Assembly: GCA_043813255.1 (NCBI GenBank)
Contig: JBDRLG010000063.1
Span: 1-52,172, forward strand
Direction: 5' to 3'
DNA length: 52,172 bases
DNA from: Candidatus Omnitrophota bacterium
GTDB lineage: Bacteria > Omnitrophota > Gorgyraeia > Gygaellales > Profunditerraquicolaceae
The notes below the pieces were generated by a model. The model ran no database searches. It was not told the DNA's origin and saw only the letters and a program-made list of their open reading frames with translations. Of the stretch, positions 20,548 through 29,981 are shown one piece after another; the first letter of the stretch is position 1; the number at the start of each line of letters is the position of its first letter. The translations under genes and the position numbers were made by a program.

Positions 20548-21372
20548 ATGAAACTTTCAAATAATGCTTTAAGGAAAAAAACTGAACAGATTAGGCATGA
20601 AGTAATAGACAGGGCTGTTAAGAATAAAGCCGGCCATATTGCTCCGTCTCTTTCCTGCGTAGATATTCTCACTGCCCTTTATTATAATGTTATGCGTTAC
20701 CGGACTAATAATCCGCGGTGGGAAGGTAGAGATAAGCTTATTTTTTCCAAAGCGCATGGCTGCTACGCGCTTTACGCGATTCTTGCAGATAAGGGTATAA
20801 TACCTAAAAAAGAATGGGAGCGTTTTTATACTTCAGATAGTACTCTCTTGGGATGTATGGAATACCGTTTAGAATATGGTTTTGAAGCAGGTTGTGGTTC
20901 GTTAGGCCATGGATTACCAATGGCAGTAGGACAGGCGTTTGGCGCGAAATTGCAAAAAAAGGGGTATCATACCTTCTGTATTATTGGTGACGGGGAAATG
21001 CAGGAAGGGACAACTTGGGAAGCAATACAATTCGCGGTTAAGCATGAAATAAATAACCTTACGATTATTATTGACGATAACCGCCTGCAGGCCATGGATT
21101 TTATTACTAACGTCCTTGACAGAAAAATAAACGATAAAATTAAAAGATTACGAGGTTTTGGAGTTTCTCCGGTTATTTGTAATGGGCATGATGTTAATGA
21201 ACTTGTTAAAATATTAAATACAAAAAATAAGGCCCCTTTAATTTATCCACGGGTAATTATCGCGAAAACAATAAAGGGATATGGCCTTAAATGCATGGAA
21301 AACGCGCCAAAATTTCATTTTCGTATCCCGTCCCCGGAAGAAATTAAATCAGGAAAAACTTATGCCTGTTGA
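20548..21372 (+). CDS. Transketolase-like protein, N-terminal ThDP-binding subunit
   Basis: GHIAPSLS, SKAHG, GSLGHGL, GDGEMQEG...N, TIKGYG, FH. Confidence 0.92.
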   Translation: MKLSNNALRKKTEQIRHEVIDRAVKNKAGHIAPSLSCVDILTALYYNVMRYRTNNPRWEGRDKLIFSKAHGCYALYAILADKGIIPKKEWERFYTSDSTLLGCMEYRLEYGFEAGCGSLGHGLPMAVGQAFGAKLQKKGYHTFCIIGDGEMQEGTTWEAIQFAVKHEINNLTIIIDDNRLQAMDFITNVLDRKINDKIKRLRGFGVSPVICNGHDVNELVKILNTKNKAPLIYPRVIIAKTIKGYGLKCMENAPKFHFRIPSPEEIKSGKTYAC

Positions 21373-21856
21373 GTATAATTACCGCAAAGAGGTATTAAAC
21401 GCGATAGTCCCATATTTCCGTAAAGATAAACGATATTATCTTCTTGTGTGTGACATGGGTTTTGGCGTCATTGATGAATTAAAAGAAGAATTCCCCGGCA
21501 GAATTATTAATTGCGGGATTATGGAGCAGGCAACGGTGGGTATAGCGGCGGGAATGAGTATGAGCGGGTTAATACCCATAGTATATTCAATAGTAAATTT
21601 TCTTGTTTATCGTTCTCTAGAGCAAATACGCAATGATGTTGTTTTACAAAAACTCAATGTGAAATTTATTGCCACGGGAGTTAATGATTATTTTAAGTTC
21701 CTTGGGCCTTCGCATTGCTGCGGCCGCGATGATATCTCTATAATGAATTTAATTCGGCTAAAAGTGTATGATCCTTACTCGTTAAAGAAAACGGATTTTA
21801 TGTATCTTGTTAAACAATGGATTAATTCTCCTAATCCGGGATATTTAAGGGTATAG
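21362..21856 (+). CDS. Transketolase-like protein, pyrimidine-binding domain only
   Basis: DMGF, NCGIMEQ, GIAAG, EQIRND, GPSH, ending at PGYLRV. 164 aa from ATG 21362. Confidence 0.88.
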   Translation: MPVEYNYRKEVLNAIVPYFRKDKRYYLLVCDMGFGVIDELKEEFPGRIINCGIMEQATVGIAAGMSMSGLIPIVYSIVNFLVYRSLEQIRNDVVLQKLNVKFIATGVNDYFKFLGPSHCCGRDDISIMNLIRLKVYDPYSLKKTDFMYLVKQWINSPNPGYLRV

Positions 21857-21859
21857 AAA

Positions 21860-23059
21860 ATGCAAAAAAAACAAACTGTTTTTAAAAGCAAGGTATTTAT
21901 TATTTTAGCTAAACTTCCGGTATTTTTGTTGGCACTGCCTTTTGTTGTCTTAATGAGGGTTATGCGTCCTGTAATTTGGATACGGCTTATTTCGGTATCG
22001 GATAGAATTGGGCATGGAATAGGCAATATTGATGTTTATTTGGCAGAACGCAGGGCCGGTATGTATCCTTCAAAGGCAATGGATATTTTCTATTCTAATC
22101 GTCCATGGAAATGCAACCGGCAGATGATCAGGATGTGGAAAAGGTTGATCCCGTTATATAATTTTGTTTATTGGATTGCCTGGGCAAATCTAAAAATTTC
22201 CGGATGGGAACCGCATAATTATAATCCTCCCCATCGAGATCGGGATATCTATGGACTAACCAATGATACTCTCCCGCCGGTTTCTTTTACTGGCAAAGAG
22301 GATGAGCGGGGAGAGATATTATTGCGCAAAATGGGTATTCCAGCGGGCAGCCCGATTGTTTGTTTTCACGCCAGGGATAATTCTTTTCTGAATGCGCATA
22401 GTGCGATAGAAGATTGGACATATCACAATCACAGAGATGTGGATATAGATAGTTATGTTCCGGCGATCAGGGAGCTTACAGCACGCGGCTATTACGCGAT
22501 TCGTATGGGAAAAGTAGTTAAGAAACCTTTTTTATGGAAAGATCCGCATGTTATTGATTATGCTGTAAGTTCCTGGAAAAGTGATTTCGCGGATATGTAT
22601 TTGATTTCAAGATGCAATTTTTATATCGGGACTTCTTGCGGGATGGATGCGGTTGCCACATTTTTTAGGAAACAGCAGGTTGTATTAAACATGATTCCTA
22701 TGAAAATTGCTTTTACCTGGTCGCCAAATTATTTCTATATCTTTAAAAAATTGTGGTTGATACAAGACAAAAGATTCCTTACATTCCATGAGATGCTAGA
22801 TTCCGAAGTGGCAGGGTACTTGCGCGCTATACAATATAAAAAAGCCGGGATTGAAGTTGTTGATAATACTCCGGAAGAAATTTTTGATGTTGTTATTGAG
22901 AAGGAAGAAAGAATGCGCGGCTGCTGGAAGACAAATGATGAATATGAAGAGTTACAGCGAAGGTTTTGGAAACTTTTTAAACCGGATCATCTTAATCGGG
23001 TGTTTAATGCCCGTGTAGGATCAAAATTCCTGGAACAGACTAAGGAACTTTTATTGTGA
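21860..23059 (+). CDS. Putative glycosyltransferase (TIGR04372-like)
   Basis: RIGH, FHARD, HRDVDI, IRMG, FYIGTSCG, DNTPEEI resemble this family as recalled. Confidence 0.7.
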   Translation: MQKKQTVFKSKVFIILAKLPVFLLALPFVVLMRVMRPVIWIRLISVSDRIGHGIGNIDVYLAERRAGMYPSKAMDIFYSNRPWKCNRQMIRMWKRLIPLYNFVYWIAWANLKISGWEPHNYNPPHRDRDIYGLTNDTLPPVSFTGKEDERGEILLRKMGIPAGSPIVCFHARDNSFLNAHSAIEDWTYHNHRDVDIDSYVPAIRELTARGYYAIRMGKVVKKPFLWKDPHVIDYAVSSWKSDFADMYLISRCNFYIGTSCGMDAVATFFRKQQVVLNMIPMKIAFTWSPNYFYIFKKLWLIQDKRFLTFHEMLDSEVAGYLRAIQYKKAGIEVVDNTPEEIFDVVIEKEERMRGCWKTNDEYEELQRRFWKLFKPDHLNRVFNARVGSKFLEQTKELLL

Positions 23060-24822
23060 AAGCCGTTAATTTTATTACAGAACTTTTTAGAAAATACCCG
23101 AGATTATGCATAGCCAGCACATTGATCAATATGGCTATGAGCATTTTTGGGGTACTTTCTCTTTTTTGCCTGAGCCCTATTATTGACATCTTTCTTCATC
23201 CGGATATGAAAGGCTTAAGCTCTATGACTGTTAAAGTTACGGGTGTGATGCATGTTTTGGGGCTTTCGGTGTCATTGATGTCTCTTGTTTGTATGTTAAT
23301 GTTTTTTGTTATTGTTGGTTCCGCGCTTCAGGTGTTGGGGTATCGATATAGTGTTCGTATCAGGATGATTATTATACGAGATGTTATCTCCGGAGCGTTT
23401 AAGGATTTCTTTGACGCTAAGTGGATTTTTTTTAGCAGCAGTGAACAGGGTACTCTTTATAATACTTTTTATAGAGAAATGAATACCTTGGGTAATGGTT
23501 TTAGCGGATTGGGAGTTATGTTTGCCAGCGCTGTCCAACTTGTTATACTTTTAGCGGTTCCGTTTTATATATCATGGAAAGTGACACTGGCGTGTTTTCT
23601 ATTTGGCATTATGGTTTCAAGTGTGTCTATATTTTTTAGCAAGATGGCTTATAAGTTAGGGCGCAAAAGTATGGAAACCGCAAACAAGCTAACCAGTTTC
23701 ATTTTTGAGAACATAAGCTTTGCGAAGATAGTGTTGGGTTACTGTAACCAGAAAAAGGTAGTTGAGGATGTTGGGCGTATTTATGATACTCATCAGGCGT
23801 ACGGTATCCGTTTACTCGTCCTTAATTACGCGATACCTATAGGGTATCGCCCTTTGGGGGTAGTGGTGGTGGGTATTGTATTGTTGACTTCTCAATGGTT
23901 TGCCGTTCCTTTGTCAGAAGTTGCAGTCTTATTATTAGCGTTATTCCAAGTCACTATTTCTTTGGGAAATATCATAGGACAGAAGAATCTGATCAGCGGT
24001 ATTATTCCAAGCTACGAGCAGATCAAGGCTTTACGTCTGCGTGCCCGTCAAATGCGCCAGCCTTCCGGGAATGTTCTATTTACTGATTTTTTGAAAGACA
24101 TTAGAATTAAAAAGCTCTCTTTTGGCTATCCGGGGCATCCCTTAATCTTGCGCGATTTTGATTTGACTATTCCGAAAGGGAAGATGGTGGCTTTTGTTGG
24201 CGGATCAGGCGCGGGGAAATCAACACTTATTGATATTTTGTTGGGGTTTCACGATCCTGACCAAGGGGAGGTTTTGGTTGATGGAATGCCGCTGTTCAAG
24301 TATAATATTTTTTCTTATCGCAAGAAATTGGGATATGTGCCTCAGGAGAGTACTTTATTTAATATGAGTATCCGGGATAATTTGCTTTGGGGTGATCCGC
24401 AGGCAACTCAGGATGAAATTGAAAAAGCCTGCCGTTTGGCTCACGCGCAGGAGTTTATCGTACGTTTTCCTCAAGGATATGATACGGTTGTTGGCGACAG
24501 GGGAGTACGTTTATCCGGCGGACAAGTTCAGCGATTAGCTCTGGCGCGCGCGTTTTTACGCAAACCGCAGATTTTGATTCTGGATGAAGCTACGAGTTCT
24601 TTGGACAGCTATTCTGAAACTCTAATTCAAGAAGCAGTTGAAGCGATGGCGAAAAAGATAACCGTTATTGTTGTTGCGCATCGCCTGTCAACTATACGGC
24701 ACGCGGATATCATTTATGTTTTGAGCCACGGAAAGATTGTTGAGCAGGGAACATATGATAACTTAATGCGCAATGGAGTTGTTTTTTTAAGTATGGTAAG
24801 GCTTCAGGAACTTAAGCTATAA
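23056..24822 (+). CDS. ABC transporter permease/ATPase fusion (MsbA/PglK-like flippase)
   Basis: N-terminal TM helices; GGSGAGKST, YVPQE, LSGGQ, ILDEATSSLD, VAHRLST. Confidence 0.93.
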   Translation: MKAVNFITELFRKYPRLCIASTLINMAMSIFGVLSLFCLSPIIDIFLHPDMKGLSSMTVKVTGVMHVLGLSVSLMSLVCMLMFFVIVGSALQVLGYRYSVRIRMIIIRDVISGAFKDFFDAKWIFFSSSEQGTLYNTFYREMNTLGNGFSGLGVMFASAVQLVILLAVPFYISWKVTLACFLFGIMVSSVSIFFSKMAYKLGRKSMETANKLTSFIFENISFAKIVLGYCNQKKVVEDVGRIYDTHQAYGIRLLVLNYAIPIGYRPLGVVVVGIVLLTSQWFAVPLSEVAVLLLALFQVTISLGNIIGQKNLISGIIPSYEQIKALRLRARQMRQPSGNVLFTDFLKDIRIKKLSFGYPGHPLILRDFDLTIPKGKMVAFVGGSGAGKSTLIDILLGFHDPDQGEVLVDGMPLFKYNIFSYRKKLGYVPQESTLFNMSIRDNLLWGDPQATQDEIEKACRLAHAQEFIVRFPQGYDTVVGDRGVRLSGGQVQRLALARAFLRKPQILILDEATSSLDSYSETLIQEAVEAMAKKITVIVVAHRLSTIRHADIIYVLSHGKIVEQGTYDNLMRNGVVFLSMVRLQELKL

Positions 24823-24866
24823 CTTAAAGTTTTATAAATAAAGGATATTGATCTAGGAAGAAGGCG

Positions 24867-26495
24867 ATGAGAATATTATTGGTTATGCCCGATTACGGTA
24901 AAAAAGATTATTATTATATCTCAATGGGTATAATGATGGTTTCAGCTTATTTGAAAAATAAGGGGTATGAAGTGCATTGTCTTAATCAGAATCATCATTC
25001 GGAATCCCGTTTACAGGCTATGCTTGAGGAGCGGTCTTTTGATGTGGTAGCTACCGGAGGATTGTTTATTTATATTTCGCCGATACGCGCAATTATCAAT
25101 ACAGTTAGACGTATAAACCCGAAGGCAAAAGTCGTTTTGGGAGGGGCTATTGCTTCAGCGGATCCACAGTTTATCAGTGGTGAGTTAAATCCTGATTTTT
25201 TAGTGATTGGTGAAGCCGAACGTACAATGGACATTCTTCTCTCTGCGCTTCAAAACGAAAAGGATTTACGTCAGGTGACAGGGATCGCTTTTCAAGATAA
25301 AGGGGAATTTGTCCGGACTAAGCCAACACCGCTTATTGAAGATTTAGATGAAATACCTTTGTCGGACTATGAGGGTTTTGAATACGGATATTATCTGGAT
25401 CATTTCTCACCGGATACGCAATATTTATGTTCAGTCAGAGGAAACGGCTACAAAGTTCGCGGAGTTAATATTTTTTCAAGCCGTGATTGTGTTTCAAAAT
25501 GTACGTTTTGTTTTCGAATTACAGGAGGAAATTATCGGACACGGTCGTTAAAAAATTTTCTCGAGGAGGTTCAGTATTTGATAGATACTTATAATATTAA
25601 TAACATCGGATTGCTTGATGAAATGTTTATTACTAGTAGGAAACGATTGGTTGAATGGTGCAAAGCGCTTAAAGAGATTGGTTTGCCTTGGGAGTGTCAG
25701 ACTCGCGTGACATCAGTTGACAGCGAAACGTTAGCGCTGATTAAAGATTCAGGGTGTCATCTGATCAGTTTTGGATTTGAGAGCGGAAGCCTTACAGTGT
25801 TAAAGAGTATGCGTAAAGGCATAACACCGGCGCTTATTGAGAAAGCTATTCAAGGGGCATTAAAACATAAAATAACCATCCAGGGGAATTTTATTTTTGG
25901 GGATCCGGCCGAAACATTTAAGACTGCTAATGAGACTATTGCTTTTACGAGAAAATTTCCACAGCTTGCTTTAGGGTATGGATTTATTATCCCTTATCCA
26001 GGCAGCGAACTCTATAATAATCTTGTTGCGGATGGAAAATTAATTAACCGAAAATTATTTCATGAAAATCCATTACATAAAGTCTATAATATGACGACGT
26101 TATCGTCCATAGCTTTTAGGTATCTTTTAATCAAGGTTAACTCCGAAGGATACCGCCGGAGATGTATGGTTTACGGAAAGATACTAAAACTTAAAAAAAA
26201 TGGTGACGCTTATTTATTGGTTATTCGTTGTCATAGGTGCGGAGGTGAAAATCCCGATTGCCTTATTGATTTGAACCGGAGAAATCTTTTTATTGTTTGC
26301 AAACATTGTTATCAACGAACGTTTATTGATAAGGCGGATATTCGTTTTATGAACCCGCACGAGATATGGAAGAAACTATGGTTAGTATATATTATACCAT
26401 TTATGATATCGGTTGGGATTGCTTGGATTTATGCTTGGATTTATTGTTTTATTCGGAGGTCTAGGGCTTCCATTTTTCGCGATGGGCGCGGTTAG
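24867..26495 (+). CDS. Cobalamin-binding radical SAM protein
   Basis: B12-domain-like N-terminus (VVLGG, IGEAE), CVSKCTFC, GFESGS, FIFGDPAET, PYPGSELY. C-terminal CHRC/CKHC and a hydrophobic tail. Confidence 0.9.
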   Translation: MRILLVMPDYGKKDYYYISMGIMMVSAYLKNKGYEVHCLNQNHHSESRLQAMLEERSFDVVATGGLFIYISPIRAIINTVRRINPKAKVVLGGAIASADPQFISGELNPDFLVIGEAERTMDILLSALQNEKDLRQVTGIAFQDKGEFVRTKPTPLIEDLDEIPLSDYEGFEYGYYLDHFSPDTQYLCSVRGNGYKVRGVNIFSSRDCVSKCTFCFRITGGNYRTRSLKNFLEEVQYLIDTYNINNIGLLDEMFITSRKRLVEWCKALKEIGLPWECQTRVTSVDSETLALIKDSGCHLISFGFESGSLTVLKSMRKGITPALIEKAIQGALKHKITIQGNFIFGDPAETFKTANETIAFTRKFPQLALGYGFIIPYPGSELYNNLVADGKLINRKLFHENPLHKVYNMTTLSSIAFRYLLIKVNSEGYRRRCMVYGKILKLKKNGDAYLLVIRCHRCGGENPDCLIDLNRRNLFIVCKHCYQRTFIDKADIRFMNPHEIWKKLWLVYIIPFMISVGIAWIYAWIYCFIRRSRASIFRDGRG

Positions 26496-26512
26496 AGGGT
26501 ACATTATTTATT

Positions 26513-27445
26513 ATGAAGAGAAAACTCTTAATAACCGGAATAAGTGGATTATTGGGAAATAACTTGGCATACGTGTTTCGGGAAAAATACGCCATAACGG
26601 GCTGGTATAATTCTCATAAGGTAATTATGCCCGGAGTAAATTCTTATAAGGTAGATATTACCGATAAGCAATTAATTAAAGAGTTTCTATCTGAACATAA
26701 ACCTAATATAATTTTACATTGTGCTTCTTTAACGGATATTGATTATTGTGAGAAAAATAAAGAAGAGACAAAAAGAGTTAATGTAGAGGGCACACAAAAT
26801 ATCGTTTCAGCATGTAATAATCAAGATACCAAGTTAGTCTATATATCAACAGATGCCGTTTATGACGGGAAAAAAGGTAATTATACCGAAGATGGCCCTG
26901 TGTCTCCATGCAATTACTATGGCTTGACCAAATACGAGGCTGAAGGAGCCGTGGGAGGGCATAGAAACCATATTATAGCAAGGACAAATATATTCGGTTG
27001 GAATATTCAGGATAAACATAGCTTTGCCGAATGGATATTATATAATTTACAGAGAGAATGTAGTATTAATGGCTTTAACGATGCGGTATTTTCTTCAATA
27101 TATACGATGGAGTTTGCTAGGATAATGGATATGATGCTTGATAAGGATTTAATAGGCACTTTTAATCTTGCCAGTGGAACATCTTTAACAAAATATGAGT
27201 TTGCTATGCTTATTGCCGAGGCATTTTATAAAGATAAAGCCCTTATAAAACCAATAAGTATAGATGATTATCCTTTTTTTGCTAAGAGGGGAAAGAATCT
27301 ATCGCTTAACATAAAAAAACTGGCGAAGAATCTGGATATTCCTCTTCCCACAGTTGAAACGTCGGTTGAATTATTTTATAATGATTACAATAAAGGTATA
27401 TTACAAAAACTAAAAAGTGAAAATTGTTTATCAAAAAAGCCATAA
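26513..27445 (+). CDS. RmlD-like NDP-4-keto-sugar reductase
   Basis: TGISGLLG, TDIDYCE, ISTDAVYDG, YGLTK, RTNIFG. Confidence 0.9.
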   Translation: MKRKLLITGISGLLGNNLAYVFREKYAITGWYNSHKVIMPGVNSYKVDITDKQLIKEFLSEHKPNIILHCASLTDIDYCEKNKEETKRVNVEGTQNIVSACNNQDTKLVYISTDAVYDGKKGNYTEDGPVSPCNYYGLTKYEAEGAVGGHRNHIIARTNIFGWNIQDKHSFAEWILYNLQRECSINGFNDAVFSSIYTMEFARIMDMMLDKDLIGTFNLASGTSLTKYEFAMLIAEAFYKDKALIKPISIDDYPFFAKRGKNLSLNIKKLAKNLDIPLPTVETSVELFYNDYNKGILQKLKSENCLSKKP

Positions 27446-27478
27446 TAGAAAAGATCATAGTAGACCAATGGTGAAGCA

Positions 27479-28474
27479 ATGAAAGTTATCATTGTCGGAT
27501 TAGGCAGTATAGGGCGGCGCCATTTAAAAAATCTAAAGTTAATAGATCCTCAAATGGAGATTGCCGTGTTACGGCAGCACTCTAAAGATGCGGATTTAGG
27601 AGATTTAAAATCTCTGGCGAGCAAAGTTTTTTTTAACACTCAGGAAGCCATAAGATGGGAACCGAACGCTGTTTTTATAACCAATCCCGCGCCATTTCAT
27701 ATTAAGACAGCTTTAAGTTTTGCGAAAGAAAATATACATTTGTTCATTGAAAAGCCACTTTCAGTTTCGGTAAAAGAAATTGATCCTCTTTTAAAAGAAT
27801 GCCGCCAGCGTAAGCTTATTTTAATGGTTGGGTATGTTTTGCGTTTTTACAAGCCTTTAATGATCGCTAAGGCGTTTATTGAAGAAAGAAAGATTGGCTG
27901 TGTTCTGTCAATTAACTCTGTTGTTGGCCGTTATCTGCCTGATTGGCGCCCGGGCAGTGATTATAAAGTTAACGTTAGCGCCAGAAGCGAACTTGGCGGA
28001 GGCGTAATATTTGAACTAAGCCATGAATTAGATTATGTGCGTTGGTTAGTTGGAGAAATAACTGAAGTGAGCGCTATTGTGGATAAAATCAGTGATTTTG
28101 ACATTGACGTAGAAGATATCGCTGAAATTAATTTACGTTTTAAAAATGGGGCATTTGGCCATATTCATCTTGATATGCTGGATAGGGCGGTAAACCGTTC
28201 CTGCCGTATTATTGGCAGCGATGGGACTCTTGTTTGGGATTTTAACAGTGAGCGCTGTCTGCGATTTTATAATGCAAAAGAAAAAATATGGGTTGATATG
28301 TGTTTATCAAGTCCGGATTACAATCAGGCTTTTATAGATGAATTGGCCTATTTTTTTGAATGTATTCTGAAGAAGGAAGAACCGCTGGTAAACGGTAGAG
28401 AAGGGCAACGAATTGTAGAGGCAGTTATTGCTGTTAAACGGTCAGCAAGAATTAAAAAGGTTATAAAAATATGA
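27479..28474 (+). CDS. Gfo/Idh/MocA oxidoreductase (PtmF-like)
   Basis: GLGSIGRRH, FIEKP, VGYVLRF, YLPDWRP, GGGVIFELSHELD. Confidence 0.88.
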   Translation: MKVIIVGLGSIGRRHLKNLKLIDPQMEIAVLRQHSKDADLGDLKSLASKVFFNTQEAIRWEPNAVFITNPAPFHIKTALSFAKENIHLFIEKPLSVSVKEIDPLLKECRQRKLILMVGYVLRFYKPLMIAKAFIEERKIGCVLSINSVVGRYLPDWRPGSDYKVNVSARSELGGGVIFELSHELDYVRWLVGEITEVSAIVDKISDFDIDVEDIAEINLRFKNGAFGHIHLDMLDRAVNRSCRIIGSDGTLVWDFNSERCLRFYNAKEKIWVDMCLSSPDYNQAFIDELAYFFECILKKEEPLVNGREGQRIVEAVIAVKRSARIKKVIKI

Positions 28475-29181
28475 AACCCTATATTTTGGGCGCAATTTTT
28501 GCCCGTGGCGGTTCAAAAAGTATACCGCGAAAAAATATTAAAATATTTAACGGTAAGCCTCTTATTGCGTATGCTATTGAAACCGCGAAAAAAGTCAGGT
28601 TGATTGATCGGTTAATTGTTTCTACCAATGATGACGAGATTGCCACTGTGGCGCGCCGTTTTGGCGCTGATGTCCCATTTATGCGTCCGGGGCGTTTAGC
28701 AACCGATAAAGCGCCGGAAATACTTTCATGGCGGCATGCGATTCGTACCATGGAAAAGAAATTAGGCCATCAGGTGGATATTTTAGTATCGGTTCCGGCT
28801 ACCGCGCCTCTTCGGGCAGTTGAAGATGTTGAAAAATGCGTAGAAAAAATTATTAATACTGATGCGGATATTGTTGTTACCGTTAAAGAAGCGACACGCA
28901 GCCCGTATTTCAATATGGTGTTGTTTGATCAATTTGATAACGCCCGGCTTGTGGTATCTTTAGGCAAAGTAGTTTCCCGCCGTCAAGATGCGCCCAAAGC
29001 TTATGATATGGCAACAGTGGCTTATGCTGTTCGCAGAGCCTTTGTTATGAAAGCTGGATTTATTTTTGAAGGAAAAGTAAAGGCAGTAGAAATTCCCCAA
29101 GAACGCGCGCTGGATATTGATACCATTATGGATTTTGAGATTGCCGAATTTTTAATAAAAAAAAGGCGGAAAAGAAAATGA
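28471..29181 (+). CDS. CMP-nonulosonic acid synthetase (NeuA/LegF family)
   Basis: ARGGSKSIPRKN, GKPLI, VSTND, ATAPLR, RRQDAP, DIDT..DF. Confidence 0.92.
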   Translation: MKPYILGAIFARGGSKSIPRKNIKIFNGKPLIAYAIETAKKVRLIDRLIVSTNDDEIATVARRFGADVPFMRPGRLATDKAPEILSWRHAIRTMEKKLGHQVDILVSVPATAPLRAVEDVEKCVEKIINTDADIVVTVKEATRSPYFNMVLFDQFDNARLVVSLGKVVSRRQDAPKAYDMATVAYAVRRAFVMKAGFIFEGKVKAVEIPQERALDIDTIMDFEIAEFLIKKRRKRK

Positions 29182-29981
29182 AATCTTTAAAAAAACTTAT
29201 GAATTTGGACAAACGAACCGCGTTAATTACCGGAGGAGCAGGCCACATCGGTTTTATTATGGCTAAAACCTTGGCGGAATTAAAAGCCAATATTGTTTTA
29301 TTAGATATTAGTGAAACGGAATGCAGGAAGAAAACTAAACAGATTGCGCGAAGATATGGCGTTAAGGCTTTGCCGCTTGTTGTAGATTTAATGGATGACG
29401 ATTCAGTTAGGAGCGTCGCGCAAACTATTAAGAGTAATTTGGGAAGACTGGATATTTTGATTAATTGCGCTGCCCTTGTGGGAACTTCAAAACTAAAAGG
29501 ATGGGCTGTACCTTTTGAACAGCAGGATATCAATACATGGCGGATGGCCATGGAAGTTAATTTGACATCTGTTTTTAACCTTGTGCAATCTTGCAAAGAT
29601 CTGTTAGCCCATAGTGGGCATGGAGCGGTTATTAACATAAGTTCAATTTATGGAATGGCGGGGCCTGATATGAAATTATACGAAGGGTTGGATATGGGGA
29701 ATCCCGCGGCCTATAGCGTTAGTAAAGGCGGATTGCTTCAGTTTACGCGTTGGTTGGCCACTGTATTGGCTCCGGATATTCGGGTTAACGCGATTAGCGT
29801 TGGCGGCGTTTTTAGAAATCACAAAGATATTTTTTTAAAACGTTATCAAGAACGTACGCCTCTTAAACGTATGGCTAGAGAAGAGGATTTAAAAGGGGCT
29901 GTAGCCTATTTGGCGAGTGATCTTTCAGGGTATGTCACGGGACACAATCTGGTTGTTGACGGAGGATGGACGGCATGGTAA
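29178..29981 (+). CDS. Short-chain dehydrogenase (PtmA-like)
   Basis: TGGAGHIG, NISSIYG, YSVSKGG, RVNAISVGG, TGHNLVVDGGWTAW. Confidence 0.9.
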   Translation: MKSLKKLMNLDKRTALITGGAGHIGFIMAKTLAELKANIVLLDISETECRKKTKQIARRYGVKALPLVVDLMDDDSVRSVAQTIKSNLGRLDILINCAALVGTSKLKGWAVPFEQQDINTWRMAMEVNLTSVFNLVQSCKDLLAHSGHGAVINISSIYGMAGPDMKLYEGLDMGNPAAYSVSKGGLLQFTRWLATVLAPDIRVNAISVGGVFRNHKDIFLKRYQERTPLKRMAREEDLKGAVAYLASDLSGYVTGHNLVVDGGWTAW

